Source: Antedon mediterranea (Eukaryota > Animalia > Echinodermata). Taken from it: a stretch of DNA of 64,000 bases. The DNA lies in contig NC_092670.1 in assembly GCF_964355755.1 (NCBI RefSeq), positions 4,516,201 to 4,580,200 of the forward strand. The letters are read 5' to 3'. This document shows, piece after piece, positions 1 to 55,850 of the stretch; position 1 is the first letter of the stretch, and each line of letters starts with the position of its first letter. Made by a program: the position numbers and the translations under genes. The notes beneath the pieces are model-generated. The model saw only the letters and a program-made list of their open reading frames with translations, made no database searches and was not told the DNA's origin.

Positions 1-354
1 TATTGATGTATTAAAATGTTCACAACATTGTATTTCACATCTCTCAATCATTTTGTTGTGTCCGCCGATTGTGACGATGAGAAAGAATAAATTGTGCTTA
101 ATAAGCATTTATAATCATGACTAATTGGTTTTTAAAATGTAGAATAATAATAATATTTTTGTAGCGTTGATTACATTAACTAGAAATTTCAGTCAATGTA
201 TTCATTTCCAACTTATTTTTTTTAGAATACCATGTATGTCAGTAGGGATAGAAGACCAGTGAACTTAACGTTGACGTTGTTGCAAGAGACAGCAACCAAT
301 ATATTTATGACCTACCAAATCAAATGATAAACTGTGGCGTCGCATTGTGAACAC

Positions 355-2090
355 TCTCTGTGATGATGCACTTACTGTATGTATAAAAAATTAGTAATGC
401 CATTTAAACTTTTTATTGAATACAGGAGAACATGAAACATGATTGAGTGTCTTTAGTGTGATCCTGATAGAGGGAGCATACGACAGACATTTCCAGGGGT
501 CCCAAGTCTACCGCTACTCGCGGTAGTCTACCGCTTTTAGTACCCATCTACCGCGCTACCGCTATCTCGACGTTTTCTACCGCATTTTGATTTTTTTACC
601 GCATTTTCAAATTTCCCCATATTTTTGGCCAAATTGATTTACGGTTACACGTACACCCAGGCTCAGCCCAGGTCAACAATAGTCAATAAATAACCAGACA
701 AAAGTGAGGCAGGATGTTGAAACAATGTCTATTCATGCAGTCTCCGTGGTCTATTATTGTATTTTTATTTGTATGCACTGCCTTTGTTAAACCGTAACAA
801 TAATATAAACATGCACGGTACTACACGCCGGACGTAGAAAAAAAAAGAAGCGTGCAACCAACCGTGAATCAATCACGTGGTCACCGGAATACGCGATTAT
901 CAATTTTGGGACGATCCAAGTTTTAACTAAATAAACGCTTTGATTACACAGTGGTTGAGACACGTTTTTAATAGTTATTACATTTTTAAACACCCTCATA
1001 ATTAATGGACTGCAAAAAAGAACAACAGATCGCACATCGCACGAGGTTGTTGAGGCGGTGTTTTATTTGGTTTTACTGTACGATCCGATAATACGAACAT
1101 GTTAAAAGGATTTAAAGGGCATGGATTCGCCAAGCAAGTAGGCCTACGTTTAATACAAATTTACCTAAGATTGTCGTAAGCTCTTTTGTTCAAACTTGTT
1201 ATTTATATAGCAATAATCCACCCGTTCCGGCATGCACGCTAGGCCTCTATTCTAGCCTAGGCTAGGCCTACTCTTCGATCGATCGATGTCGATGGTGGGG
1301 AATTTCCCAGCGATAAGAAATCGGCGAAATAGCTCATAAACGGCCTACATTTTAATGTTATATCTTTAATGCCAGTGTAATTACGTATGGATAAAACAAT
1401 ATAAAACTCAATGTTTTTCATCTGAAATAATATGTTAACTCGCGTAATGTAGCATAAGACGGATTCGGAATAGTTATTTCTTATTATTATTTTTTTAGGG
1501 GGTTTTAAAATGGTAGCTAGCTAGGGCCTAGTAGAAGCCCTAGGCCTGTGCCTAAAAAAAAAGAGTAAATTCTATTGGGCAAAACTATTATGTGTTTATT
1601 GTACATTATGTAATTAAATTAAATTATTTTATATACTGAATTTTAGTTAAAATACAGTATATATTTTTAAAATTCTTTGTACTGAGGATGTGTCCATAAA
1701 AAAAAAAAGAATGTAAAATTAAAAATACTGATGGATAAACCTATGTAAAAATTAAGCCAACTTATGTGTAAATATTGTATATACTGTATAATGTAACATA
1801 GTTTAGTTAATTATAAGAGACGTAAACGACACGCGTGTTGATTTTCGATTCCCCGCGCGTTGACTTTCGACGCCCCGACGAATTGAATGTGGTTCACGAC
1901 AAAATCTCCTGCGAATGGACTTTCCCAAGTTGGGACCTCTGCATTTCTATCTGTGATGATGCATCTATGTATAACAAAAAAATTATTAGTAATGCCATTT
2001 AAACTTTTGATTGAATACTGGACAACATGAAACATGATTGAGTGTCTTTAGTGTGATCCTGATAGAGGAAGCATACAACGGACATTTCTA
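355..2090 (+). repeat. ~140-bp direct duplication (355-493 and 1948-2090) separated by the transposon
   Basis: Both copies read tctgtgatgatgca...ttagtaatgccatttaaac...catgaaacatgattgagtgtctttagtgtgatcctgatagag...gacatttc. Confidence 0.85.
494..1941. mobile_element. Non-autonomous TIR DNA transposon (hAT-like) with 6-bp TSD
   Basis: TIRs CAGGGGTCCCAAGT / AGTTGGGACCTCTG; CATTTC on both flanks (488-493, 1942-1947); subterminal CTACCGC repeats; no transposase ORF. Confidence 0.75.
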
Positions 2091-3239
2091 TTATTAGCCA
2101 TGTCCAAATCCTCCTTAATTCAACTATGCTGGAGATTCCTATCAAGTCACTATAAACTTTTCACCTGAATGTTAACCTGCCAATTATGGTTGCCAGGTAA
2201 AGGAATTGTTTACAAAGTTAGCAAATAACTGATTTACTATGGGAATATATAATACAATATTTTAATTTATATTTAATAAAGAGGTAACAACAAGAAATAA
2301 AAACAATCATAATATTGGAATTACAGTAAACAGAAATGTAAGTCATTAATTAAATAAAATGTAAAAAACACAACATTTCCAAAATAAATATGAACTTAAA
2401 CAATTTACAGTTGCCATAAAATTTAATTCATCAATTCAAAAATTGATTTATTGCATTTAAATGTTATATTATTAGTAATTAAAACAAAATAACTAAGTAC
2501 ATATGTTCGAATGAGAAAAAATTATGGTAAAATGTTCTTAAAAGATTGGCCTATAAGTTTATGATTGAAAAAATTGAAATATTTTTGTCACCACTTAAAA
2601 TCAATCGAAAAAAACACCATAGTGTATATGCTGTAATATACTGTGGGTTTTTGTCGATGGATTTAAATATATTTTAAAGAAAACAGAGAAAGAATGAATG
2701 TCAAAGTGTGTGATCTCTTGCAATTCGCTATCTCTTTACCTCATCTTATTCAGATGGCTTTTCAATTTCAAAGTAAAGCACAGTGGAATACATTTTTCTC
2801 CTTTCATGATGTCATTAAAGGTTAAATCTTATATACATAGGAAAGATTTTAATTGAAAAAAGTATTCAGCACATATATCTTCTAGTCCACTTATTCCATA
2901 CAGTGCTTGAGTATTTTGGCACATAATATTTGGTTAATTGAAGTTTTTTTGTCTAATAAAAGGCATCCCAAATAACAAATGGTGTCATGCAATATTGAGA
3001 TGTCTCAAATAATTAACAATATTCTGATCCTGTTGTATTTTAGCTACATTTGTTTTTTTTAAATAATCAAATTATTAAAATAATTCAAATTTAAATGAAA
3101 TATTGATTCAATTAAATTAATACTTTAATTAATTGGTTTTAACATTTATTTTGTTTATCCTGCCAAAAATAAAGAATAAAATAAATGAATTATGTAATTA
3201 TGATGATTATAAATATCACATTTTTTTAAAATTTTTTTT

Positions 3240-6140
3240 ATTCAGTATATTACACAGAGGCGCATACAAAATGGAACCACCTTAGCTTCAAGGCGCCTCA
3301 GATTAACAAATACAACAACATTTTAAAACAACTAACAGAAACATCAATCAAATCTTCCAGAATTAACAAGAAATTGTTGTACATAATAAAATAATAAAGC
3401 ATTTTCACAATTCGAAAGAAGATCGGAACCAAAAATAAAAATTTCACTTAAAAATGTAAAATTAAATGTTAAAAAAAAATCCTTGGCTAAGATATCCTCA
3501 ATAATTGAGTTAGCGCTTACAAGTAGAATATCTCTTTGTGTATTATAATTAGGGCAGTAACATAAGAAATAAAGGGGATTCTCAACATTAAAGCCACAAG
3601 TACAATTTGGATTGTCCCGAAGTCCATGTAAGAATAAATGCGAATTGAGACAGCTTAAACCAAGTCGGATTCTAGTGTGAATTTGGTTAATCTTCTTATC
3701 ACCTGTATCATAATAAGAACGTTTTTTTTGTTTTAAACAAATTGGATTTCAGTAGCAATTTTTTAAACTCGACAAGAGATGAGGAATTTTTTATTTCATT
3801 ATTTAACTCATTCCAATGTGTTATAATAGATGGGCCAAAAAATAAACGATATGATGTGGTCTTACAAAATGGAATAATTATATTTCGGATGTTACGCAAG
3901 TTATAAACTTCAATATTGTCAGAAAAATTAAATAAGGAGTAAAGATACACTGGTGTTAACTTATGAATAATTTTAAAAAACAGTATTAGGTTAAGAAATT
4001 GTCTACGTTTCTTCAATGATAACCAGCCTAATTCTTGTCTTAATGCATTATGACTTGTATGTTTCCACGCACCAGTACCTATTCTACCTGCAGAAATCTG
4101 GATATTTTCTAGTTCATCACTTAATTTATCTGGAATATTACACCAAACAGGAGCTGCATATTCCATTAATGGTCTAACGTGTGATATGTAAATGTGACAG
4201 AGAGCCTGTTGAGGTAGAATATGTTTGACACGACGTAGCATATTTAAAGATAAAGACGCTTTGTTAATTACAGATTGGATATGGGAATCTCACTTGAGTT
4301 TTGCATTAAGCATTACACCAAGATGCCTATGATCATTTACAAATTGTAGATTTACATTATTGAAATTTAAACTAACATAGTTATCTAAATGTTTACGTGT
4401 AAACAGTATAGCTTTCGTTTTGTTAGCATTGAATGTTACTTTCCATTTTTTTGCCCAATTATAAATGACATTAAGATCGCCATTTAATTTTTGTTCTGAA
4501 ATATTACGATCTGTACAAATATCATATAACGAAGTATCATCTGCATATAAACTAATATTAGATTTGATATTATCAACCATATCATTTATGAATACAATAA
4601 ATAAAAATGGACCCAAAACAGATCCTTGGGGTACTCCTGCTGTAATGGTCACCCAAGGACTGGTAGTTCCTTCAATAATAACACGTTGCTCACGTGAGTT
4701 TAAGTAACTTTGGAACCATTTTAGAAGAGCGCCATTAATTCCATATTAATTTAATTTGTATATAATCCCATTATGCCAAACTTTATCGAAGGCTTTGGAA
4801 ATATCCAAAAATACCGAGATTACTTCTTTCCTTAAATCTAAAGCTCTATTAAATGTATCCATAAGATAAAGAAGTTGATACGTTGTCGAGTCACCTGGTG
4901 TAAAACCAGATTGGAATTGAGTAAGAAGTTTATTATCCACAAAGTGTTACTATTGACTCTAAACTTGTTTTTAATGTACATGTGGCAGATGTAGCAATGA
5001 GAGCAAATCGGAAGTTGGGCATGGTATATCGAGCTTTCAAGTTTTTAAATATGGATGGGTTTCTTCGTTTATATAAAGCTATTATTCGTCCGACCTTGGA
5101 ATACTGCAACGTTGTTTTTAACTCGCTACATTGTAAGGAGGAAGACCTATTGGAAAAAGTCCAAGAACGTGCCACCAAGCTTATTTTTTCCATTCGTCAT
5201 TTACCTTATTCAGAAAGGCTGAAAATTCTCAACCTACCTACTCTCGCATACAGAAGGCAAAGAGCTCATTTGATACAGATTTTTAAAATTTTACATGGAG
5301 TGGATAGTATTTCTGCTGATTCTTTTTTTGAGCGTGATGAAGATGTTAGAACAAGTGGTCATTCTTTTAAATTAAAATTTAAGTTCTCACGCACAAATTG
5401 GATGAGGGACTCATTTGGTCGAAAAGCTATTATATTATGGAATTCGTTATCGGAGGATGTAGTAGCTTCACGATCAACCAATCAATTTAAGTCCGGTCTT
5501 GAACGGGCATGGTCCAACCACCCTCTTAAATTTGCGCCATATTCAAGAGTTGATGTAATTATCAAGAGGGGCTTATAGGCATAGCCTGGCCTCGACTCCG
5601 GACCCAGCATTGCTGAGCTCCGGAAACAAGTAAACAAGTAAGTAAGTAAATAAGTAAACTATATCAAAAACTGCACGCTCAAAAATTTTTGCAAAGTTGG
5701 AAAGTATGGATATAGGGCGGTAGTTCTCAATAAGGGATTTATTGCCTTTTTTATGCAGAGGAATGACATTTGATTTTTTCCATTCCACAGGAAAATATCC
5801 TTGGCTTATGCAGAAGTTATAAAGCTTTGTCAAATGGGGTGCAATAATTTCAGCAGATTCTTTTAGTATGATACTGTGAATTTCATCAGGTCCCATCGCC
5901 TTGTTTTTATCCAGCATAGTTAATAATTTCATGATCTCATCAACAGATAATTTTAGAGTTGAGAGTCTCAATGCAGTTCTATATGTGAAGTCCGAAGGAA
6001 AATCATCATGATTAGGAATAAACGATTGAGATTTAAAATAATTGTTAAAAGGTTTAACTTTCTCACTATTTAAAGTTAGGACATCATCGTTTAATTTGAT
6101 TGGAGGAATCTTATAATATTGTTTGGAATTACAAACTGAA
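3240..6140 (-). mobile_element. Degenerate 5'-truncated CR1-group LINE (RT remnant), interrupted by a second LINE
   Basis: KAMGPDEI, NYRPISIL, FQSGF, FLDISKAFDKVWH, GVPQGSVLGPFLF, YADD, HLGV, C-terminal CxC...CP; several stops and frameshifts. Confidence 0.93.
4943..5658 (+). mobile_element. 3' fragment of a CR1-type LINE inserted antisense into the older LINE
   Basis: ORF VTIDSKL...LYKAIIRPTLEYC...LEKVQERATK...LPYSERLKILNLPTLAYRR...WNSL; tail of aagt/aaac repeats; splits the host between FERAVFDIVY and HFVDNKLL. Confidence 0.9.
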
Positions 6141-6724
6141 TTTCACATTAATTATTATAAGTTGATATAGAAATTGGTTTATTTGTTATTAAATTTAAAA
6201 TTTTAACAATAAAAGCATCTATGGCCCTTAGTTGTTTGTGATACTGTTAATTCAAAATTAGTAATTACATAAAAATACGTTTAATAAGAGACTCATAAAT
6301 ATTCCAGGAAAGATGTCAGAAGAGAGAGATAGAGAAATCTACCATAACAAAAAGATTATTTTGGATAGGATTTGACAGTAAATGCTATACAAATGAAAAC
6401 AAATAAAGAGATAAATAAAATTGATCTATGTGTAAGTGACAATAATACCAATTTATGTATTTTTTTTGTCATAGGAACAATTATTTACCTATGTATGTTT
6501 TCAATCTTATTTTGTTAATTGTTTATACAACATTTAGACATATCTAAACATTTCCCCAACAAGAATGAAATATTTATTCTATGCCTTTGACTCACAAAAA
6601 CACATCATCAATCAATAGTCATAAAATGCAACAATTAGAGAACTAGAGAAGATGCTTCTAAATGTTTTATTTGTGTCATTTTCCTTTAGAGTTCAATTTT
6701 TTTCGTCAGCGAGCTTTGCTGTTG

Positions 6725-7030
6725 AATAATAATAATAATAAATAATAATTTAGGTATTTGTATAGCGCCAGAATCAACTAAACCGAAGTAAAAATCAAAG
6801 GCGCTTATATTGGATGTTGAAAAGATGCGTTTTAAGTCCTTTAAAAAAAATAGCAATAGAAGTTGAATGATTAAAATGACGAGGAAGAGAATTCCAAAGA
6901 GACGCAGCAGAGAACATAAAATCCCTTTGTCCATAAAATTTGGTGTTAATTCTAGGACGAAGTAGTAGGTTTTTATCAGCCGAACGAAGACAAGCAAGAG
7001 GGAAGGCTGTGCTGTGTAGTCTGATGTTTT
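6725..7030 (-). mobile_element. L2-type LINE 3' end
   Basis: Minus frame TKFYGQRDFMFSAASLWNSLP...FKGLKTHLF, followed by aagcgc...gcgctatacaaa 3' UTR and (TTA)n tail. Confidence 0.7.
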
Positions 7031-7692
7031 CATTTATATACTAACATTTATATAGAGATTTTCCAAATTACAACAACTGTAATATTCCAGAGTTTCAAGT
7101 GATTAATTTAATTAATTTAAAAACGCTAATCTCACAGCTTTATACATTTATTTACTATTGTTCTTTTCAACATACCAAAGTTTCAGAACAATCATGTTAT
7201 AAACGAAGGCCCTGATAGAATTTAAGTCTTGTTTCACTCAGATAGCAAAAGTCCACACATTCTACAAGTGGTTTAAACATTGAACAATACTGGTCAACTG
7301 GAGTACATGCCTGCAACCTGTACTTCATTCATAGAACTCAATATAATTATCAGGAGGAGACTTATCGACTCAAAACATAACAATCAAAAGTTAACAGAAT
7401 AGTTATTATTGTCAATAGATAAAATTGTTTTTTGACATAAAAAATCGAATTTGATCTTTTGACATTGTGACAGTTTAGGTTGTATGATTTATACAAAGAA
7501 TATTAAAATGTAAATAATATAATAATATTTGTTAATCATAAATTTGTTATAAGCATAGAAACACAGGGGACATTTCAATGTAGAATATACAATATTACAT
7601 TTTTAAAGTTTAAGTATTATAAATTTCAGGAAATGTAAAATTTCTAGCACAAATTGTGATATTAATACAAAAGGAAACAAGATAATACTTAC

Positions 7693-43552
<35,860 letters not shown>

Positions 43553-44997
43553 GACTTTCGTTCTGAAAGATAAAGAAAAATATAATTTTTTAGTAAATAA
43601 CATAATCATATTTTGAACCTAATATCCAGAACCATGAATCAATCTCGACAAGAGTTTAAATGCCAAAATAAAACAGGTGAATAATAAATGAAGTGTATTT
43701 TCTCAATCCGCATCAGTATGTTTTTTAAAATCCAGGGCTGTAGCCAGCATGAGGAAGACTAGACGCTCGGCTCATCTGAAATGTTCTATTTCATCAGATT
43801 TTCAATTTTCACCAACCACCCCCAATACCACAGCTCATCGTATTTTATATTAATAATTATATTTAAAGCATCTTTGCCTCATCTGTTGTTGTTGTTCATC
43901 TGTTTGCTACGGCCTCGAAAACTAAATGCCTGAAAATAATTTGTCTTTTGTCAAAATTATTATTACCATTGTAACATACTTAAATTGTGGGGTAATAAGC
44001 ATATTTATAAGCATGTTTGTTTCCTCCTAATTTTTTCCCTGCCTTATTTAATGTATTTTGCTGTTAACTTGTTTTTGTCTGCACCAGAAGGAGAGTACTT
44101 ACATAGTGACTTAGTCACTTTTCTACAATCCGCCAGACTGGTGTCAGTTTTCTTGTGTTTGCTATTGTATTACCTATATGTCTTGTTTTGCCGATTGGTT
44201 TGCGTAAGATGGCAATATTCAATTGGAATGCATAAGATCTACAGCTAATTGCGTAAGATAAGGTACAGTACGTACATGAGTGCATTTTATGGACCACAAC
44301 TTAGAATCTTTCAGTGTGGAGTCGAATGATGTGAGACATATAAAAAACTTAGATATGTATGTGCTGTTGTCTGTTCATGCTACTCATGGAATGATGTGAG
44401 ACATATAAAAAACGTAGATATGTATGTGCCTTAATGCAGTAATAGAACTGATATTACCAAAAGGTCAAATTGATAAGATATCACAACAATCAAAGAAAAA
44501 ACATGATTTTGATGCTATAACCACCATTATAATATATGTATTTGGTCACTAAAAAACAAAACTATAATATACAGTAGTACAGTATAACTGTAGGTAATTT
44601 TAAGATTATAAGTATAATTTAAGATTCCTGTTTTTTTTTGTTTTTTTTATTTCTAAAAAATTATACACCTTTACAGACCAATAAAAAAAATACTGATTCC
44701 CAAATTATACACATACATTTACATAATTTACCACCTACTGTCTGTAGGCTACTTCCAAAAGTAATGTACATTTTAAACACTTATGCTGGACACCCTTGAG
44801 CACGTATTCATTTAAAAAGCATGTATCCTTTTCTTTTATATGATGGTCTGTTTACAAAACACGTATGTCCTTTTGTCATACGTACCGATAGTAGGCCCAC
44901 ACACAACATTCCCCATCCATTCACCTCCGACAGACAACACAAACAGGCCGCCGTCCAAGGCCTTTGGGTACTTTAATTTAAGCATATACTTACTTAC

Positions 44998-45300
44998 TTT
45001 TTTCGTAATTCGTCGTTCTACATGTCAAATAGTTCGAAAATTATATTTTTAGCCGGATATAGATGTTGACATTGTCCACCCCACCAAACATTGCACGATG
45101 ATAAAGAAAGAAACACACCACACCGCACGGACTTATTTACACAGAATGATGGTGGAGCATACAATTTCACAACGTTGCTAAGGAAATCAGTGATTTACGC
45201 CAAAGAACGCCCTCTTTTATCTTTAAAGTTTCTTCATTTTTATAACTTTCAAAAATCGATTGCCCGATCGATTGATTCGTTAATAATTTAATAACGTGTA
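44998..45300 (-). promoter_or_regulatory. Probable non-coding first exon and promoter of the adenylyl cyclase
   Basis: The ATG exon has an acceptor at 43563, so an upstream exon is needed; strong donor GTAAGTAAGT at 44997 in a CpG-richer segment. Upstream limit is approximate. Confidence 0.4.
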
Positions 45301-46738
45301 TATATTTAATAATGTTGATCGATATTAGTTTTTCGTTGAGACTTTCTAAATTTTTAATTAGGCCAGATAATAAATCTATATCATGCACGTATCCACGAGT
45401 TGATTTCTTTCTATATTTCGAATGTTTTTGTATTGTGTTTATATTAGATATTTTAATTTCTAGAGATTGTATGCAATTTTGCCTTTTAGCCTCGAAGTGT
45501 AATATTTTGTAGGCCTAAATGAAAGGTTTGAGAATAATAAAAGGAAATGTGAAAATTTCATTATTCCGATCCTAAATTACATACTTGCTTAGTTCAGCTG
45601 TGGGCCTGCATTTGTGAGAAGCTTTAATTTGTTTCTTAAAATGAAAGATTGAGGAACTAAGTACCCATTAGTACATTCCTAGTAAAAAGGTTATAAATGT
45701 ACAGATGCAACTGCGCTGTAGAACATTTTAGCATCCGTTTGTTTTTCAGCAACTGTCCTATATTAAAAGTTCATCAACAAACTTCTACAAAGTGCAGTTG
45801 TACCTGAACATATAAAAACACAATGGCCAAAAAGGCAAACTTTGCAAATTGGCGCAGTGTACAGACATTTTTTTTTATTGGATGGATTGATTACCGTACT
45901 GACAAATTGAAACCAGCACACAAATATTTTAGTAGCTTTAATAGTTTTTTTTAATTTCCCCATATTCATAATCATTGGTAAACAGTTACATTGTTTAATG
46001 TCATTTTCACATAAATAAAAAAGGTTTTATAATTATTGGAATACCATGAATTAGATACAACAGTGAAATAATCATTCATTAGGTATAAAGTGTGACATTT
46101 TAACAATACAAGGCGTGCAAACATCCTTATTGGTTCAATAATACATGTGTATTGTGATTACTAGATGAGTTCATTCATTGAGTTTTTATTTTTATCACCT
46201 TATACAATCTAGTCATTTTGTGTAAACAACTTTTAACAGACACATCTGTCTATTAATAACTAATTATATTTTTACACATAACATGTTGGACAAATAGCAT
46301 TCATAGAACTCACCATCTCAGACAATGACAGGGCTAAAAATAGATACAATAAGTGGGTTTAAAGCTAAATTTAAATCAAAACTTATTAACACATTTTCAA
46401 TCATATACTAAACATTGTTGACAGCGTTTACAATCTGTATTCTATGCTGGGACATACCTATGTTATTGTCCTGTTGTTGCATCAAATAAGGAAGATAGGG
46501 CAGAGTTTTTTTTCTTGTGGAAATTCCTTTAGGAATAGGGAGGTATTCTATAAAATAATTTGCCTACAAAGTATCATCTGTCATACAGATGTTACTCAAC
46601 AAGCCTCTTGATGTTCATGTTTTGTTCACATGTCTCTGAAGTGTTACCGCGTTGGTCCACTTTTAAACAGCACCGTGTTTACCATTCACCGTTCCTCTTC
46701 ATAAAAATTTAATATTTAATAAAATTGATATTTTGGCT

Positions 46739-53637
<6,899 letters not shown>

Positions 53638-54058
53638 TTTTAAATTTTCTGTAAAAATAAACTCATCAATTATACATTCATTATCATACTTCATTTGACC
53701 ATTTTTAAAACAATAATTATTAATACATTTTTAGTTCCTATTTTAATTAGGCCTACCATTTAACTAAAACAAAAAATATCTAGGTTGAGTAGGCCTAGTG
53801 TCTATTTATTTCATATACATATCAATATTAATGCAAAAGATATTAGTCTGGTAGTCTAGGTCTAGCCCTATTCTCGTTCTATCTTTGCACACTCTGATCA
53901 CGGACGAGTACGGCTGAAGCCCGGTTAAACACACGTGTGTGCGTGTGGTGGATTGCTATAATGCTAGTAGAAGTCTTTAAAATAGTCGCCAGTCGAACAC
54001 GTATTTAACAAACGAAAAACGGCTTATAATGTTTGTAGAAAATGAATATAATACTTAC

Positions 54059-54759
54059 ATATTTATTTCAATGTGTAAATTTAATAGATATTTGTAAAAC
54101 GTGGTGAATTTTATGGAGATTTGTACGGGAACCTTTCCCTGGATGATTTGAGCCTACAACAACCGATCAGTGATACAAGAAAACATGTGCGCAAACACCG
54201 GCCTTTAATTGTTGAGGCCCTACTTGCGCATTCTGAGGTCGTGCAAAGGTCATCCGCATATTATGAAACCTAAATTTATAATAAAATCAATTTCGCATAA
54301 GCGCATCATTTATAATACCAACTATTATAATAATATAGTTAAATTGATAGTTACTAAACCCTTATTGTAGGGAATAATATCGTTACTAAAATTATGGATT
54401 TCTTTATACAGCTTCAGGGCACATCTTTTCAAAGAACATTCTGGATCAAGCGTGGTGAAACCGCACTCTAATATTGCGTGTTATTTTCTTTACGTTCGTA
54501 AATGTTAATGAAAAGTCGACACAATTAAAGAAAGAATTGTTTAACATTACATGCAATAATGCACATTTTTAGAGCGTTTTCTAAGTTGCATGAAATCGCA
54601 GTTAATGCAGCAAATTACCATTGAATTACGCATGCGTATTGAGAACACCGACCGGCCGACACCATGTGTGATTTCGTATCGTGAAAGGAGTTGAGGGTAG
54701 AGTAAAGTTGTGTGCTCTTTGAATTAGAATAATTGCATAAATTGTCAGAATTTATAAAA
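54059..54759. promoter_or_regulatory. Shared bidirectional HSP60/HSP10 promoter, including the 5' non-coding exon of HSP60
   Basis: HSP60 UTR-exon donor GTAAGT (minus) at 54058; HSP10 ATG at 54760; CpG-richer sequence between; head-to-head layout known for HSPD1/HSPE1. Confidence 0.8.
54426..54448. promoter_or_regulatory. Heat-shock-element-like site
   Basis: aGAAcaTTCtgGATc at 54433-54447: two perfect and one near-perfect alternating nGAAn units, midway between the two chaperonin genes. Confidence 0.6.
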
Positions 54760-55850
54760 ATGGTGAGTAAATTTTTATTGCATGTTTTATAGTGAATATA
54801 AAAATAGCTTAAACCGAGCGTTTTGTTTTCTGTGTCAGTCAAAAACATGAATTAATGTTATAGCTAGGCCGCTAAGCAGGCCTACTAGAGAGTACTAGGC
54901 CTAGGCCAGACTGGGAATAGATCATCAGTTGAGTAGGCCGCCCTGGCTAACAACTTCAATCATGCAAAAATCAAATGATGACGGTACTTGACTTGTGGAT
55001 GCGTGCCTCTTTGTAGTAATACGTAGGCTAGGTGCGGACTACTGTAATCCAATGTACATGTATGTATCTAATTTGGTTGGTATTAACTATTGTGTACAAG
55101 GAATTTTATTGTATGTAAACATATTTTCTTTTTGTCTTATATAGGCAGCATTAAAGAATTTCCGTCCCCTGTTTGATCGCGTACTGGTAGAACGATTCCT
55201 GCCGGAGCTGAAAACGAAGAGCGGAATTATGATTCCCCAGAAAGGACAAGCTAAAGTACTTGATGCAACAGTAGTGGCTACAGGACCAGGAGCAAGGATG
55301 GATGTAATTTCATTACTTAATTTTCCCTACAGATTTACAATATACCCTTTTTGGTTACATACCATTTCACCATAAATTACAATTGCCCCAGCATTAAGAG
55401 ATCTGGCACTAATATAATAAATGTGATATTGATTTGTCAAAAAAAAAATGCACATTTTCACAGTACAGAGAGCGATAGCCTAAAAAAATCAGTAATAACT
55501 TTGAATTATTTTCTGTTTCTATAGGATGGTAAAAATCAACAAATATCTGTTACTGTTGGCGACCGAGTACTACTTCCAGAGTATGGAGGCACTAAGATTA
55601 CACTTGATGAAAAGGTGAGGAAGATGAGCTGCTGTATTTAATTCACAAAATTAGTAATAATTGATGAGATAGGGGAAGAGGAAGAAATGGACTAGATAAA
55701 TCCTAATGCACTTGACAATTGCATAACTACTATAAAGATTATCACCCTAAAAATCTGTTCCAGATTGTAATAATGTGGCCTTATTTTTTTTTTTTTCAGG
55801 AATACCATTTGTTCAGAGAGGGAGACATTCTAGCCAAGTATGAATCATGA
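54760..55850 (+). CDS. HSPE1: Mitochondrial co-chaperonin HSP10 (Cpn10), 100 aa; absent from the ORF track
   Basis: Exons 54760-54762 (ATG only), 55145-55303, 55525-55614, 55800-55850 total 303 nt. MAALKNFRPLFDRVLVERF...TKSGIMIP...VGDRVLLPEYGGTKI...LFREGDILAKYES*; AATAAA near 56114. Confidence 0.96.

Noticed and set aside
231-311. Possible next adenylyl cyclase exon (minus, AG...GT, 81 nt)
   Set aside because: In the phase required by exon 10 it hits TAA immediately, and the open frame has no convincing AC similarity.
3708-5971. RT ORFs as a retron, DGR or domesticated gene
   Set aside because: Fragmented by stops and frameshifts, with typical non-LTR retrotransposon motifs and tails.
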